DNA of 64,000 bases from a virus. This document shows, piece after piece, positions 38,730 through 48,784 of the stretch. Location of the stretch: positions 96,001 through 160,000 of the IMG/VR virus record IMGVR_UViG_3300008110_000034; one strand, 5' to 3'. Position 1 is the first letter of the stretch. Each line of letters begins with the position of its first letter. The position numbers were made by a program, and so were the translations under genes. The notes under the pieces were generated by a model. The model worked only from the letters and a program-made list of their open reading frames with translations. It was not told the DNA's origin and searched no databases.

Positions 38730-40031
38730 TTAGAAGTCTGCCCTAGGTTTTAATGTCTTACTTAATGCCTGTCTTTCAGGTATATCATCTCCGGCTATTT
38801 GGCTTACCTTAGTGTTATTAATAAATCCTGTTTTTTGTGTTGTTCGATTGTTAGTATTAGTCATAGTCATTCTAACATTATCTTCGAACTTCACCCATCT
38901 AGATCCATCATATCTAAACAACCGATTAGGCATAAAATCTGTTCTTAAGAAATAATCCTCTTTACTTGGAGCACTAGGAAATTTAATACCGTGGCCAAAA
39001 GCATGACCATTAGGAGGAATACCGTCGCCTAATAGATAACCAGTATATCCTTCTCTTTCTGGTCGTTTAGTTATTGAACTAGCATCGGGATTACTAATAG
39101 CATCGCTTACATCTAATTGCGTACTATCTACTGTCTCCAATGCTGGCTTACCTTGATCATCAACAGTGAGTGTATAGAATTGTTGAGTCTCATATCCGCT
39201 TAACGGAGCATCTGCTTCTGCTTGTTCAATAACCGCAGCGTTGATTTCTAATTCTTTAGCACGAGTACTTAAGATATTTTGTAATGTTGTGCCAGAGTAT
39301 AACGTAAAATAATTGGTATCAGGTGGTAAGTTGCCAGTTGTTTCTGCAACCACAGTATACAACGACCCCTGATACCTTACGATTTGACCAGGCTTATAAG
39401 TAACTGTTGGATCTAAATCTCCTTCAAAGTTAGCATCAGTATCAGTAGGAGAATTTAAAATATCAGAAAACTGCTGAGAGTCAACTATCTTCTTTAACTT
39501 TAATCTGTATAAATGCGGATACCATGTCATTGAAAAGCCACTAGATTCTCTAGCTACATCTTCTACAACATAATATCGAGGTAGACTTACATCAAAGTCA
39601 TTTAATGCAAATTCGTCTCTAAGATGAGGCAATTCAACGACATCCCCGCTAATAGGTTTTCTTCCTATGGTCTTTATAAAATCGTTAATGTGTATTGACA
39701 TGAATAATGTATCATTATCAATGAATAATCCAAATTGACTTAAATTAAAATCTAAGTTTTGTACGTTATAAACGCCTCTTATTCTATAGATACTTGAATC
39801 GTATTTTCTATCACGATTTTCAAGTAACAGTAAATCTTGAATATTTGCAACCCCTACGTTTGCATAATGAGGCTGATCAGCAGTAGCATCCTCAACTGGG
39901 GTATTTTTTGGACCTAAGTATTTGTGCAAGTAAAGGTCAGTTCCGCCAATCTGAAACATCTCAGAAATTGAGCGATCAATAAATTTATAATCTTGTCCTT
40001 TTTCAGGACGATAAAGGCTTAGTCGAGGCAT
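38730..40031 (-). CDS. gp14: Head closure/neck protein
   Basis: ISEMFQIGGTDLYLHKY, FNLSQFGLF, GRKPISGDVVELPH. Start moved to ATG 40031 (MPRLSLYRP), downstream of minus-strand TAAATA 40039-44. Confidence 0.75.
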   Translation of the reverse strand: MPRLSLYRPEKGQDYKFIDRSISEMFQIGGTDLYLHKYLGPKNTPVEDATADQPHYANVGVANIQDLLLLENRDRKYDSSIYRIRGVYNVQNLDFNLSQFGLFIDNDTLFMSIHINDFIKTIGRKPISGDVVELPHLRDEFALNDFDVSLPRYYVVEDVARESSGFSMTWYPHLYRLKLKKIVDSQQFSDILNSPTDTDANFEGDLDPTVTYKPGQIVRYQGSLYTVVAETTGNLPPDTNYFTLYSGTTLQNILSTRAKELEINAAVIEQAEADAPLSGYETQQFYTLTVDDQGKPALETVDSTQLDVSDAISNPDASSITKRPEREGYTGYLLGDGIPPNGHAFGHGIKFPSAPSKEDYFLRTDFMPNRLFRYDGSRWVKFEDNVRMTMTNTNNRTTQKTGFINNTKVSQIAGDDIPERQALSKTLKPRADF

Positions 40032-40038
40032 AGTACAA

Positions 40039-40054
40039 TATTTAGCGATAAATA
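40039..40054. promoter_or_regulatory. Back-to-back late promoters for the divergent neck genes
   Basis: TAAATA on - (40039-44) and on + (40049-54), separated by GCGA. Confidence 0.7.
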
Positions 40055-40072
40055 TATACGGAGATACCATTT

Positions 40073-40843
40073 ATGTTAACTGCTAGTTCATCCAAAGAAG
40101 AACGTCAAAACGTCTATAATTATTGCCGCGCTATGCTAGGCGACGGTATGATTGACGTTGAACTTGATCCTATACACTACGATACTGCACTAAATCGTGC
40201 ATTAACAAGATTTAGACAGCGTAGTCCAAACGCTGTAGAAGAAAGTTATTTTTTCTTAGAACTAAAACAAGATCAAAATAGCTATAAATTGCCTGATGAA
40301 ATTGTTGAAGTCCGACAGCTTTTTAGGAGATCCGTGGGATCACGTAGCGGCATGGGTAGCGGCGGTACCTTGTTTGAGCCGTTTAACTTAGCCTATACAA
40401 ATACCTATCTTTTAAACGGAACTATGTTGGGTGGTATAGCAACATATGAATTATTTGCACAGTATCAAGAGCTTGTTGGTAGGATGTTTGGTAGCTATAT
40501 TGAATACACTTGGAATCCTACTACTAAAATTCTAACTATTTTACAACGCCCTTTCATGGAGGGTGAAATGATTCTTTGCAGAACATATAATTATAAACCA
40601 GATTTTGTGATTATAAATGATTTGTATGCTAAACAATGGATACTTGATTATACTCTAGCAAACTGTAAACTTATTCTTGGCGAAGCACGTAGTAAGTTTT
40701 CAAGCATTTCTGGACCAACAGGTGGCGGCAATCTTAATGGTGCTGATTTAAAATCAGCAGGTAAAGAAGAGTTAGAAAAACTAGATAAAGAATTAGAAAC
40801 ATTTATATCCGGCGGCACAGGTTATACATTTATTATTGGTTAA
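40073..40843 (+). CDS. gp13: Neck/head-tail adaptor protein
   Basis: LGDGMIDVELDP, WILDYTLANCKLILGEARSKF...GNLNGADL: gp13 motifs. Confidence 0.85.
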   Translation: MLTASSSKEERQNVYNYCRAMLGDGMIDVELDPIHYDTALNRALTRFRQRSPNAVEESYFFLELKQDQNSYKLPDEIVEVRQLFRRSVGSRSGMGSGGTLFEPFNLAYTNTYLLNGTMLGGIATYELFAQYQELVGRMFGSYIEYTWNPTTKILTILQRPFMEGEMILCRTYNYKPDFVIINDLYAKQWILDYTLANCKLILGEARSKFSSISGPTGGGNLNGADLKSAGKEELEKLDKELETFISGGTGYTFIIG

Positions 40844-40844
40844 C

Positions 40845-41228
40845 ATGAAAATTTACGAAATTATCACTGAAGCAAAAGTAAAACAGGCTAAAATGACCAA
40901 GCGTCAAAATCAACCTACTCGAGGTGTTCATACTTTTGGGGATGCTGAACGGGCTAACAGTGACTATGTTCAATTTCGTGTGGGCATGGCATTGGCTAGT
41001 ACTGACGGAAAAACTAAACCTAATATAGATGCTAAAAGTTGGATTGGTAAACGTAAAGCCGCATTTCCCTATACAAAAGAAGAAGCAGACATGCTCAAGA
41101 TGGCCTACAAAGCCGCTGGCGCCGACTATCAAGATGTTAATGACGGCGATATGAATAGTAAAGAATTAAACACTACAAATAAAGTAAGCCCTGTCGCTAA
41201 ACCAAAACGCAACAAATACGGAGTCTAA
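40845..41228 (+). CDS. Hypothetical protein, possible internal head protein
   Basis: Start MKIYEIITEA at 40845; basic, 127 aa. Confidence 0.55.
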   Translation: MKIYEIITEAKVKQAKMTKRQNQPTRGVHTFGDAERANSDYVQFRVGMALASTDGKTKPNIDAKSWIGKRKAAFPYTKEEADMLKMAYKAAGADYQDVNDGDMNSKELNTTNKVSPVAKPKRNKYGV

Positions 41229-41232
41229 TTTG

Positions 41233-41261
41233 TTGACAAGTTAAACAAAATATAATAAATT
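41233..41261 (+). promoter_or_regulatory. Sigma70-type promoter for the dNMP kinase gene
   Basis: TTGACA (41233-38), 17 bp spacer, TAAATT (41256-61); TATAAT also at 41251-56; SD GGAGG before ATG 41280. Confidence 0.6.
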
Positions 41262-41279
41262 ATAGTGCTAGGAGGCACT

Positions 41280-41927
41280 ATGATTGTTGGATTTGTTGGT
41301 TTCATTGGTTCAGGTAAAGACACTGCTGCGGACTATCTAGTTAATTTTCACGGATTTAGAAGAGACAGTTTTGCATCAACATTAAAAGATGCAGTAGCTT
41401 GTATTTTTGGCTGGGATAGGACTCTGCTAGAAGGGCGCACTAAAGAAAGCAGAGAATGGCGTGAGCAAGAAGATGCTTGGTGGTCAACTCGTTTAGATAT
41501 GAAAATAACTCCTAGATGGATATTGCAAAACTGGGGTACAGAAGTTTGTCGTAACGGATTCCATTCAGATATTTGGATTGCAAGCTTAGAAAATAAGATC
41601 CGCAAAACTCAAGATAATATTGTTATTACAGATGTTCGCTTTCCTAACGAAATAACTGCAATTAAAAATGCAGGCGGAAAAGTGTTTAGAATTAAAAGAG
41701 GTCCGGACCCTGATTGGTTTGAGGATGCTATAAACTATAATCAAGGACCTACAAACATGCGCTGGGCACTAAGTAAAATGCATTTATCTCAATTACAAGT
41801 GCATGCCAGCGAAAGTAGTTGGATTGGGAATAAAAATATAAGTGTAGAAATTGATAACAACGGTACTATTGATGACCTATTCCAACAACTTAAAAATCAG
41901 GTACAAGATCACCCTGCCGCCACTTAA
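41280..41927 (+). CDS. Deoxynucleoside monophosphate kinase (T4 gp1-like)
   Basis: P-loop GFIGSGKDT, FASTLKD, PRWILQNWGTEV.R, VITDVRFPNE, HASE. Confidence 0.9.
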   Translation: MIVGFVGFIGSGKDTAADYLVNFHGFRRDSFASTLKDAVACIFGWDRTLLEGRTKESREWREQEDAWWSTRLDMKITPRWILQNWGTEVCRNGFHSDIWIASLENKIRKTQDNIVITDVRFPNEITAIKNAGGKVFRIKRGPDPDWFEDAINYNQGPTNMRWALSKMHLSQLQVHASESSWIGNKNISVEIDNNGTIDDLFQQLKNQVQDHPAAT

Positions 41928-42231
41928 TGCCTTCTTTGTGTAAAATTCTTTGACAATTAGCACATACTGTTTTTAAGTTTGAAAATTTAGTGTTGTTAGC
42001 ATCGCCATCTACATGAAAAACATTAAACTGTTCTAAGTGTTTAGATTTAAAGCCGCATTTTTCACAGAAGTCTTTTTGCCTATAACCGTCTCTATACCAC
42101 TTAGGAGATCCTTTGGCTACCCCATTATATCGAATACACACATCGCATTTTTTGCGATAGAATATCCTATCATTTTTTTTATAATTTATTGCTGCGGGTC
42201 TTTGACCGCAAATACATAAAGGTCGATGCAT
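41890..42231 (-). CDS. HNH-type endonuclease with zinc ribbons
   Basis: CICG, CDVC, CEKCG and VFHVDGDANN...NLKTVCANCQRILH; has its own minus-strand TAAATA at 42237-42. Confidence 0.75.
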   Translation of the reverse strand: MHRPLCICGQRPAAINYKKNDRIFYRKKCDVCIRYNGVAKGSPKWYRDGYRQKDFCEKCGFKSKHLEQFNVFHVDGDANNTKFSNLKTVCANCQRILHKEGIKWRQGDLVPDF

Positions 42232-42333
42232 ATTATTATTTATTGCCCTTTTTGGTGCCTTTTCTCGTTGAATATCCTATATCTTTTTTACCAAATGCGG
42301 TAAATAAATGTAGATTACCATTAGGAGAATACA

Positions 42334-45300
42334 ATGGCCTTAAGCTCACCCGGCGTACAAGTAACAGTTATCGATGAAAGTTTTTATACTCCTGCAGAAC
42401 CAGGAACTACACCACTAGTTGTAGTTGCTAGTGCCGAAAATAAAAAGAACGGCGCAGGAACAGGAACTGCACCTGGAACACTAAAAGCAAATGCAGGAAA
42501 AGTTTATACAATTACAAGCCAAAAAGATTTAGTTGACAACTTTGGAGATCCTGTATTTAAGACAGACTCTAACAACAACCCAATTCATGCTGGCGAACAA
42601 AACGAATACGGATTACAAGCTGCATACAGCCTGTTAGGCGTAAGCAATCGTGCATTTGTAGTACGTGCAGATATTGATTTGAATCAATTAGATGCAAGTG
42701 CAGATGCACCAGCTGGTGAACCAGTTAATGGAACTTATTGGTTTGACACTGCTAGCAGTCTATTCGGTATATTCCAATGGAATGGTGCAGCATCAACAAC
42801 ACCGGGCGGACAAAAATTTGAAAATAAAGTACCTCTTGTTATTACAGATCCTACAAAAGTAAGTTCTTTAGGCTATCCTGTCACTAGCATTGGTAAAATT
42901 GGTGATTATGCTATAGTAGCTACTACTAATGAAAACAAATTATATTACAGAGAAAGAACAGGAGCCTGGGTACAAGTAGGGGATGCGGAATGGTTCCAAG
43001 GCTGGCCAGTAGTAACAGGTAGTAAATCAATTGCAGTAGACGAAGAATTAACTTCAGGACATAGTTTAATTATTAACGGTACTGAAGTTGTTGTTCCTAA
43101 TATCCCTGATAATACTATTGGAGGATTAGCAGACGCAATTAATAATGAAGAAATTACAGGCATTACCGCAGCCGTAATAGGCAATAAATTAGAAATTTAT
43201 TGCAACGGACAAATTGGCGATGATATTGTCGAAGATGATGTATCAAACGCTGTAATTATAGAAATTGGAGAAGGTAATTTAATAGCATCTTCTGCAGCAG
43301 CTAGCGACATAGGAATTGCAGCTGACACATACTATGCTCCTAGATTCGTAATTGGACCACATACATCAGTACCAACATTCAAGGCAACTGATTTAGCACC
43401 AAGACCAACAGGTTCTGTATGGTTAAAGACTACTGACCCTAATCTAGGTTCTAAGTGGAGAGTTAAAAAATACAACAGTACTTCAAAACTTTGGGAAACT
43501 ATTGATTCCCCACTGTACACCTCTAATACTTCTGCACTAAAAGGTCTAGATCCAACTGGCGGCGGACAAAATCTAGCAGTAGGAACATTATATGTAAGAC
43601 CAAACTGGACAGAAGCTGACGGTACTGATGCAACACCAAGACTTGGTAATTTTAAAATTTATCGTCGTAGAGCTACAGGCGCAACAACTATTACTACAGA
43701 CATTATTACAGGATCAACTTGGCCAGAAATTGAAGATGCTTACAGTTTTATATTAGCAGAAAGTCTTAAAGGCCAAGTTGCACTAGACACTGGCAAGATC
43801 CTTGAGTATGTTCCAACAGGAACAGCCGCAGAAGATGCAAATACCTTCGCCGGTATAATTAATGATGCAGGATTTACAAATATTGTAGCAGAAGTTACTG
43901 CACAAAATAGAGTAGTAATTAAACATACACTTGGCGGCGAAATTAGATTTTTAGATGGCCTAGGAACTCCGTTAAATGCAGCCGGACTAACAGCTTATAA
44001 TCCTTCAACAGGCACTGGAACTTTAAATTTATATACATTAACAGAAGATCCAGATTATGAATTTGTAGCTTCTTTATGGGAACCTCTAGTATACACTGCT
44101 AGCGACTCTGAGCCAACAAGCTTAGCCGAAGACGGTCTGTTATGGTACAGTAGCGTCGTTGACGAAGTTGATCTAATGGTACACGACGGCGATACTTGGG
44201 TAGGATATAGAAATTATCTTCCTGATACAGATGCTGACGGTCCTATTGTTGCTGCAACAGAGCCTACTTCACAATCTGATGGCGTAACTGCGTTAAAAGA
44301 CGGTGATATTTGGATTGACACCAGTGATATTGAAAATTATCCAGTAATCTACAAGTACAATGGAACCACTCTTGCATGGGACTTAGTAGATAAAACAGAT
44401 CAAAGTACAGAGAATGGTATTTTATTTGCTGATGCACGTTACAATGTGTCAGGAGCATCAAGTGACGAACCAGGTACTATCACAGACATGCTGTTAAATG
44501 ATTACTTAGATCCAGATGCACCTGATCCAGCACTATATCCTAAAGGAATGTTGCTATGGAATCTACGTCGATCAGGGTTTAATGTAAAACGTTTTGTAAG
44601 AAATAGTGTTGATATTACTGACGAAAACATTCGCTTTGGTGACGAAAGTATGGCAGCATATTATCCACACCGCTGGGTTACAGAATCCGGAAATCAAGAA
44701 AACGGTGCCGGTACATTTGGTCGCAAAGCACAGCGCAAAGTAATTGTACAGGCAATGCAGGCTTTAGTTAATTCTAATCAAGATATTCGCGATGAAGAAA
44801 GACTAGTGTTTAACTTACTAGCTGCACCTGGATATCCAGAACTAATTGGAGAACTAAACAGTCTTAACACAGATAGAGGCCTAACTGCATTTGTAGTTGG
44901 CGACAGTCCAGCAAGACTACCTGCTACTGGAACAGATTTATCTAATTGGGGACAGAATAAAGAACTAGCTGTTGAAGATAACGATCTTGGCCTAGTTAGT
45001 TTTGATGAATACCTAGGAGTATTTTATCCATGGGGATTCACAAGTGACAACTTTGGTAACAATGTTGTAATTCCACCAAGTCACATGATTTTAAGAACTA
45101 TTGCATTAAACGATCAAGTTGCTTATCCTTGGTTTGCTCCTGCTGGTACACGTAGAGGCGGAATTACTAATGCAACTGCTGTTGGGTACATTGACGGTGA
45201 AGGAGAATTCCGTTCTGTTGCACTCAATGAAGGCGTAAGAGATACTATGGCTAGCATCAAAGTTAATCCAATTACTTTCTTAACAGGTAGCGGACTAGTT

Positions 45301-45663
45301 AACTTTGGACAATATACTCGTGCAAGAAATGCTAGTGCATTGGATCGTATTAACGTAGCTCGTCTAGTAGTTTACCTACGCAGACAGTTAAATGCTCTTG
45401 CTAAACCTTATATCTTTGAACCAAATGATAAGATTACAAGAGATGAAATTAAAGCAGCAGTAGAAAGTTTACTGTTAGAGCTAGTAGGTCAGCGAGCACT
45501 TTACGATTATCTAGTAGTTTGTGATGAGTCAAACAATACACCAAGTAGAATTGATCGTAACGAACTTTACGTTGATATTGCTATTGAACCAGTTAAAGCA
45601 GTGGAATTTATCTATATCCCACTACGCTTAAAGAACACTGGTGAAATTGCGAGTTTAGGCTAA
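42334..45663 (+). CDS. gp18: Tail sheath protein (1109 aa)
   Basis: LSSPGVQVTVIDES start; WFAPAGTRRGGI, INVARLVVYL, YIFEPND..TR, YLVVCDESNNTPSRIDRNELYVDIAIEPVKAVEFIYI C-terminus. Confidence 0.95.
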   Translation: MALSSPGVQVTVIDESFYTPAEPGTTPLVVVASAENKKNGAGTGTAPGTLKANAGKVYTITSQKDLVDNFGDPVFKTDSNNNPIHAGEQNEYGLQAAYSLLGVSNRAFVVRADIDLNQLDASADAPAGEPVNGTYWFDTASSLFGIFQWNGAASTTPGGQKFENKVPLVITDPTKVSSLGYPVTSIGKIGDYAIVATTNENKLYYRERTGAWVQVGDAEWFQGWPVVTGSKSIAVDEELTSGHSLIINGTEVVVPNIPDNTIGGLADAINNEEITGITAAVIGNKLEIYCNGQIGDDIVEDDVSNAVIIEIGEGNLIASSAAASDIGIAADTYYAPRFVIGPHTSVPTFKATDLAPRPTGSVWLKTTDPNLGSKWRVKKYNSTSKLWETIDSPLYTSNTSALKGLDPTGGGQNLAVGTLYVRPNWTEADGTDATPRLGNFKIYRRRATGATTITTDIITGSTWPEIEDAYSFILAESLKGQVALDTGKILEYVPTGTAAEDANTFAGIINDAGFTNIVAEVTAQNRVVIKHTLGGEIRFLDGLGTPLNAAGLTAYNPSTGTGTLNLYTLTEDPDYEFVASLWEPLVYTASDSEPTSLAEDGLLWYSSVVDEVDLMVHDGDTWVGYRNYLPDTDADGPIVAATEPTSQSDGVTALKDGDIWIDTSDIENYPVIYKYNGTTLAWDLVDKTDQSTENGILFADARYNVSGASSDEPGTITDMLLNDYLDPDAPDPALYPKGMLLWNLRRSGFNVKRFVRNSVDITDENIRFGDESMAAYYPHRWVTESGNQENGAGTFGRKAQRKVIVQAMQALVNSNQDIRDEERLVFNLLAAPGYPELIGELNSLNTDRGLTAFVVGDSPARLPATGTDLSNWGQNKELAVEDNDLGLVSFDEYLGVFYPWGFTSDNFGNNVVIPPSHMILRTIALNDQVAYPWFAPAGTRRGGITNATAVGYIDGEGEFRSVALNEGVRDTMASIKVNPITFLTGSGLVNFGQYTRARNASALDRINVARLVVYLRRQLNALAKPYIFEPNDKITRDEIKAAVESLLLELVGQRALYDYLVVCDESNNTPSRIDRNELYVDIAIEPVKAVEFIYIPLRLKNTGEIASLG

Positions 45664-45690
45664 GCTAAATATATAAGATAGGAGCAACGA

Positions 45691-46317
45691 ATGGCTATTT
45701 CAACCTTAAACAAATTTACAGTTCCATTAGCTAGCAATCAGAGCAGCAGCTCACAAGGCATGCTGATGCCTAAACTAAAATATCGCTTTAGAGTTAGTTT
45801 AGAAAATTTTGGAATTTCAACTCCAACTACTGATTTAACTAAGCAAGTTAAAGATGTTACAAGACCAACTGTAGCATTTGAAAAAATTACACTAGATATG
45901 TACAACTCAAGAGCATATCTAGCTGGTAAACATTCATGGACAGCAATAACAATTAACCTACGAGATGATGTTACTGGATCAGTAGCAAAATTAGTAGGAG
46001 AGCAGTTACAGAAACAGTTTGATTTTTATGAGCAAAGTTCAGCAGCTAGTGGCGTTGATTATAAATTTACAACTAGAATTGAAGTATTAGACGGTGGTAA
46101 CGGAGCAAATGTTCCAACAGTGCTTGAGACCTGGGAATGTTACGGCTGCTACATTGAGAACGCTAACTACGGTAACTTAGCATACTCAGAAAATGCAGAA
46201 GCAACAATTCAATTATCAATCGTCTATGATAATGCACAGCAAACACCACAAGGAACTGGTATTGGTTCTGTAGTAGGAAGAACTGTAAGCACTTTAGTTA
46301 CAGGCGCTGGAAAGTAA
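45691..46317 (+). CDS. gp19: Tail tube protein
   Basis: PKLKYRFRV, YLAGKHSWTAITINLRDD, IEVLDG, WECYGC; directly after the sheath gene. Confidence 0.88.
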   Translation: MAISTLNKFTVPLASNQSSSSQGMLMPKLKYRFRVSLENFGISTPTTDLTKQVKDVTRPTVAFEKITLDMYNSRAYLAGKHSWTAITINLRDDVTGSVAKLVGEQLQKQFDFYEQSSAASGVDYKFTTRIEVLDGGNGANVPTVLETWECYGCYIENANYGNLAYSENAEATIQLSIVYDNAQQTPQGTGIGSVVGRTVSTLVTGAGK

Positions 46318-46322
46318 TAAGG

Positions 46323-46348
46323 AAAGGTCGCAAAAGCGGCCTTTTTTT
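46323..46348 (+). terminator. Rho-independent terminator
   Basis: AAAGGTCGC-AAAA-GCGGCCTTT followed by a T-run, after the tube gene. Confidence 0.8.
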
Positions 46349-46393
46349 ACGACCATTTATTATATACGCAGTTAATGTTCAATAAATAATATT

Positions 46394-47485
46394 ATGGCAA
46401 ACAAAGCACTGCGACAATTTATATCCGGAGTAACTAACCCAAAGGGGTATGTTGCTGATTTTAGACATGCAGCTAGAACCTTCACGGATGATACCTTTAG
46501 GCTCGCTCCTAAATTAAAGTTTAATTTTCACGTGGCGTTTTTTATTAACCCCTACGCTTTAAAAACTTTAAATTTAAGAGAACGACATAGATACGAAATT
46601 AATGTATTAGTTAAAAAAGCAGATCTTCCTAAATTTAGCATTCCGCTTGAAACAGCGAATCAATATAATAGAAAAAAATTAATACAAACTAAAATTGATT
46701 ACCTGCCGCTGAATATTTCATTTCACGATGATAACTTGAATATAGTATCAACCATGTGGAAAAATTATTATAGCTACTATTATGCAGATCATAACACTGC
46801 ACAATTAGATGACGGTGTTAGTACCTACATGAGAAGCGCAACACTAAATTCAAACTATAGTTCAAGATATAGATACGGGTTAGATAATAATTCTTCTATA
46901 CCTTTCTTTGATAAAATTATATTATATCAAATGGGCAGAAAAACTTATCAAAGTTATACATTAATGCGTCCGATGATTTCTGCATGGAATCATGATACTG
47001 TAGATTTTGGACAAAGCGGTGCAGTCGAAAATTCAATGACTATTAATTATGAAGGCGTACACTACAAAGAAGGTGTAGTCTATAGAGGAGATCCAGTAGG
47101 ATTTGCAGTTGATCATTATGATACCACACCTAGTCCTATTACACTAGCCGGTGGAGGTACAAGAACCTTATTTGGTCCTGCAGGTGTGCTAGCAGGAGCA
47201 TCTAGTGTATTTGGTGATCTTTACGCTGCAAGTCAAGGTCAAAGTGTAAATCTATTTGCTACAGCGATCAATGCTGTAAATACCTACAACAACACTTCAC
47301 AACTAAGTGGTAGGGGTGTTAATGAGGAATTGACTAGAACTCTAATAACAGGCGTAACAGCCCTTGGAACGAACAGAGGCGCAGTAGGAACACAGGGTGT
47401 AAGCGGAACTAGAAATATTCAATTTCCTGTAAACGATGCAACTAATAACACTCCAGGTATACTTAGAAATATAACGGGTAGATAA
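46394..47485 (+). CDS. Tail-tube-like baseplate/tail protein (gp54/gp48/gp3-like)
   Basis: LVKKADLPKF...NQYNRKK...DYLPLNISFHDDN, YTLMRPMISAWNHD: tube-fold paralogue. Confidence 0.65.
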   Translation: MANKALRQFISGVTNPKGYVADFRHAARTFTDDTFRLAPKLKFNFHVAFFINPYALKTLNLRERHRYEINVLVKKADLPKFSIPLETANQYNRKKLIQTKIDYLPLNISFHDDNLNIVSTMWKNYYSYYYADHNTAQLDDGVSTYMRSATLNSNYSSRYRYGLDNNSSIPFFDKIILYQMGRKTYQSYTLMRPMISAWNHDTVDFGQSGAVENSMTINYEGVHYKEGVVYRGDPVGFAVDHYDTTPSPITLAGGGTRTLFGPAGVLAGASSVFGDLYAASQGQSVNLFATAINAVNTYNNTSQLSGRGVNEELTRTLITGVTALGTNRGAVGTQGVSGTRNIQFPVNDATNNTPGILRNITGR

Positions 47486-47486
47486 C

Positions 47487-47849
47487 ATGGCTAACTTTCC
47501 TACAAGTAATACTGATTCTTCAACTGAAGTCAAACAATTTTTTGACAAATATTTTAGACATCAAATCACCTTTCCAACAAACCAAGTAGATGCAGTTATC
47601 GGATTCTTTATGAAACGAGGATTCGAAGAAGAATCTGCAAAGAGTACTGCAATTATTTTATTAAATCAAGCAAAATTAGATAGCGTTAATGTTTTTGAAC
47701 TATTAGACACTCTAAAGGGTTACACTGAAGTGCAATTAAGTCAGATTGTAACTGAAGTTGTAAATGCTTACAGAGAAAAAACTAGTTTATTAGGTTATAA
47801 AATATTCGAAGAAACAGAAACGCTTGATTCTAGAAACATAAGACAATGA
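47487..47849 (+). CDS. Hypothetical protein
   Basis: 120 aa, tightly packed in the operon; no motif recognised. Confidence 0.6.
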   Translation: MANFPTSNTDSSTEVKQFFDKYFRHQITFPTNQVDAVIGFFMKRGFEEESAKSTAIILLNQAKLDSVNVFELLDTLKGYTEVQLSQIVTEVVNAYREKTSLLGYKIFEETETLDSRNIRQ

Positions 47850-48274
47850 GATTTGCAAGAGGCAAGTTCATACCTTCTAACCCAGAAAAGTATATAGGAC
47901 ATAAACAACCAACCTATAGATCAAGTTGGGAATGGACTTTTATGAGATTTTGCGACAACAACGAAGCCATTCAAAAATGGGCATGTGAAGCAATTAGTAT
48001 CCCTTACAGAGATCCCTTAACCGGTAGACAAACTATATACGTTCCGGATTTTTTTATACAATATGTAGATAAAAACGGAAAAATGAATGTAGACCTCTTA
48101 GAAATTAAACCAGAAAATCAAACGATACTTGAAAAAGTAGGAAAGAATAAAGTAAATCAAGCTCAGTTTATAAAGAACAAAGCCAAATGGGAAGCAGCAT
48201 ACGCATGGTGCAAAAAACAAGGGATACGCTTTCGAGTTATCACAGAAAGAGAACTGTTTTATAACGGAAGATAA
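47846..48274 (+). CDS. gp4: Head completion nuclease (T4 gp4-like, TnsA-N fold)
   Basis: GKFIPSNPEKYIG...YRSSWE..FM.FCD, YVPDF, EIKP, KWEAA..WC...G..FRVITE. Confidence 0.85.
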   Translation: MRFARGKFIPSNPEKYIGHKQPTYRSSWEWTFMRFCDNNEAIQKWACEAISIPYRDPLTGRQTIYVPDFFIQYVDKNGKMNVDLLEIKPENQTILEKVGKNKVNQAQFIKNKAKWEAAYAWCKKQGIRFRVITERELFYNGR

Positions 48275-48282
48275 GTATTGAT

Positions 48283-48765
48283 ATGACAAAAAAGTTAGAA
48301 GAAATATTAAACTTGCCCGAAAGCAAAAAAATCATTAAAAAAGACGAGGATGCTGCTGTACAGCCCGACGTGGTTCCTGCTCTATTAAGAGACATTGAAG
48401 ACTTCGATAAAATTAGTGCAGCATTACCTCAGGTTAAAGGATTAGGTGATTTATCTGATACAGAGTTTGATGATTTGGCTAAACGAGCAACTGATGCATA
48501 TGACGATCTAATGGACTTAGGTATGAATGTTGAAGCTAGATATAGTGGAAGAATTTTTGAAGTTGCGGGCACTATGCTTAAAAATGCAATTGATGCTAAA
48601 TCTGCAAAGATTGATAAAAAGCTAAAAATGATCGAATTGCAAATTAAAAAGCAAAAAGTTGATCAAGATAACAGCGGTGATCGCGAAGGGATTAATCTTC
48701 CCACTAATACTTACATTGTGTCAGACCGTAACAGCCTATTAGAAAAATTGAAGAATATGAAATAA
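48283..48765 (+). CDS. Probable terminase small subunit (gp16-like)
   Basis: MNVEARYSGRIFEVAGTML...RNSLLEKL helical pattern; upstream of the large terminase. Confidence 0.5.
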   Translation: MTKKLEEILNLPESKKIIKKDEDAAVQPDVVPALLRDIEDFDKISAALPQVKGLGDLSDTEFDDLAKRATDAYDDLMDLGMNVEARYSGRIFEVAGTMLKNAIDAKSAKIDKKLKMIELQIKKQKVDQDNSGDREGINLPTNTYIVSDRNSLLEKLKNMK

Positions 48766-48784
48766 ATACACTATAGGATTTGTT

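Noticed and set aside
38730-40070. Upstream starts given by the ORF track for several genes (40070, 5838, 6656, 36492, 49296, 50023, 55829, 60014)
   Set aside because: These extensions overlap promoters, terminators or neighbouring genes; downstream ATGs fit promoter spacing and coupling better.
47846-48274. TnsA-like nuclease as a sign of a Tn7-like transposon
   Set aside because: Matches T4 gp4 head-completion protein in sequence and context; no other transposition genes or ends.
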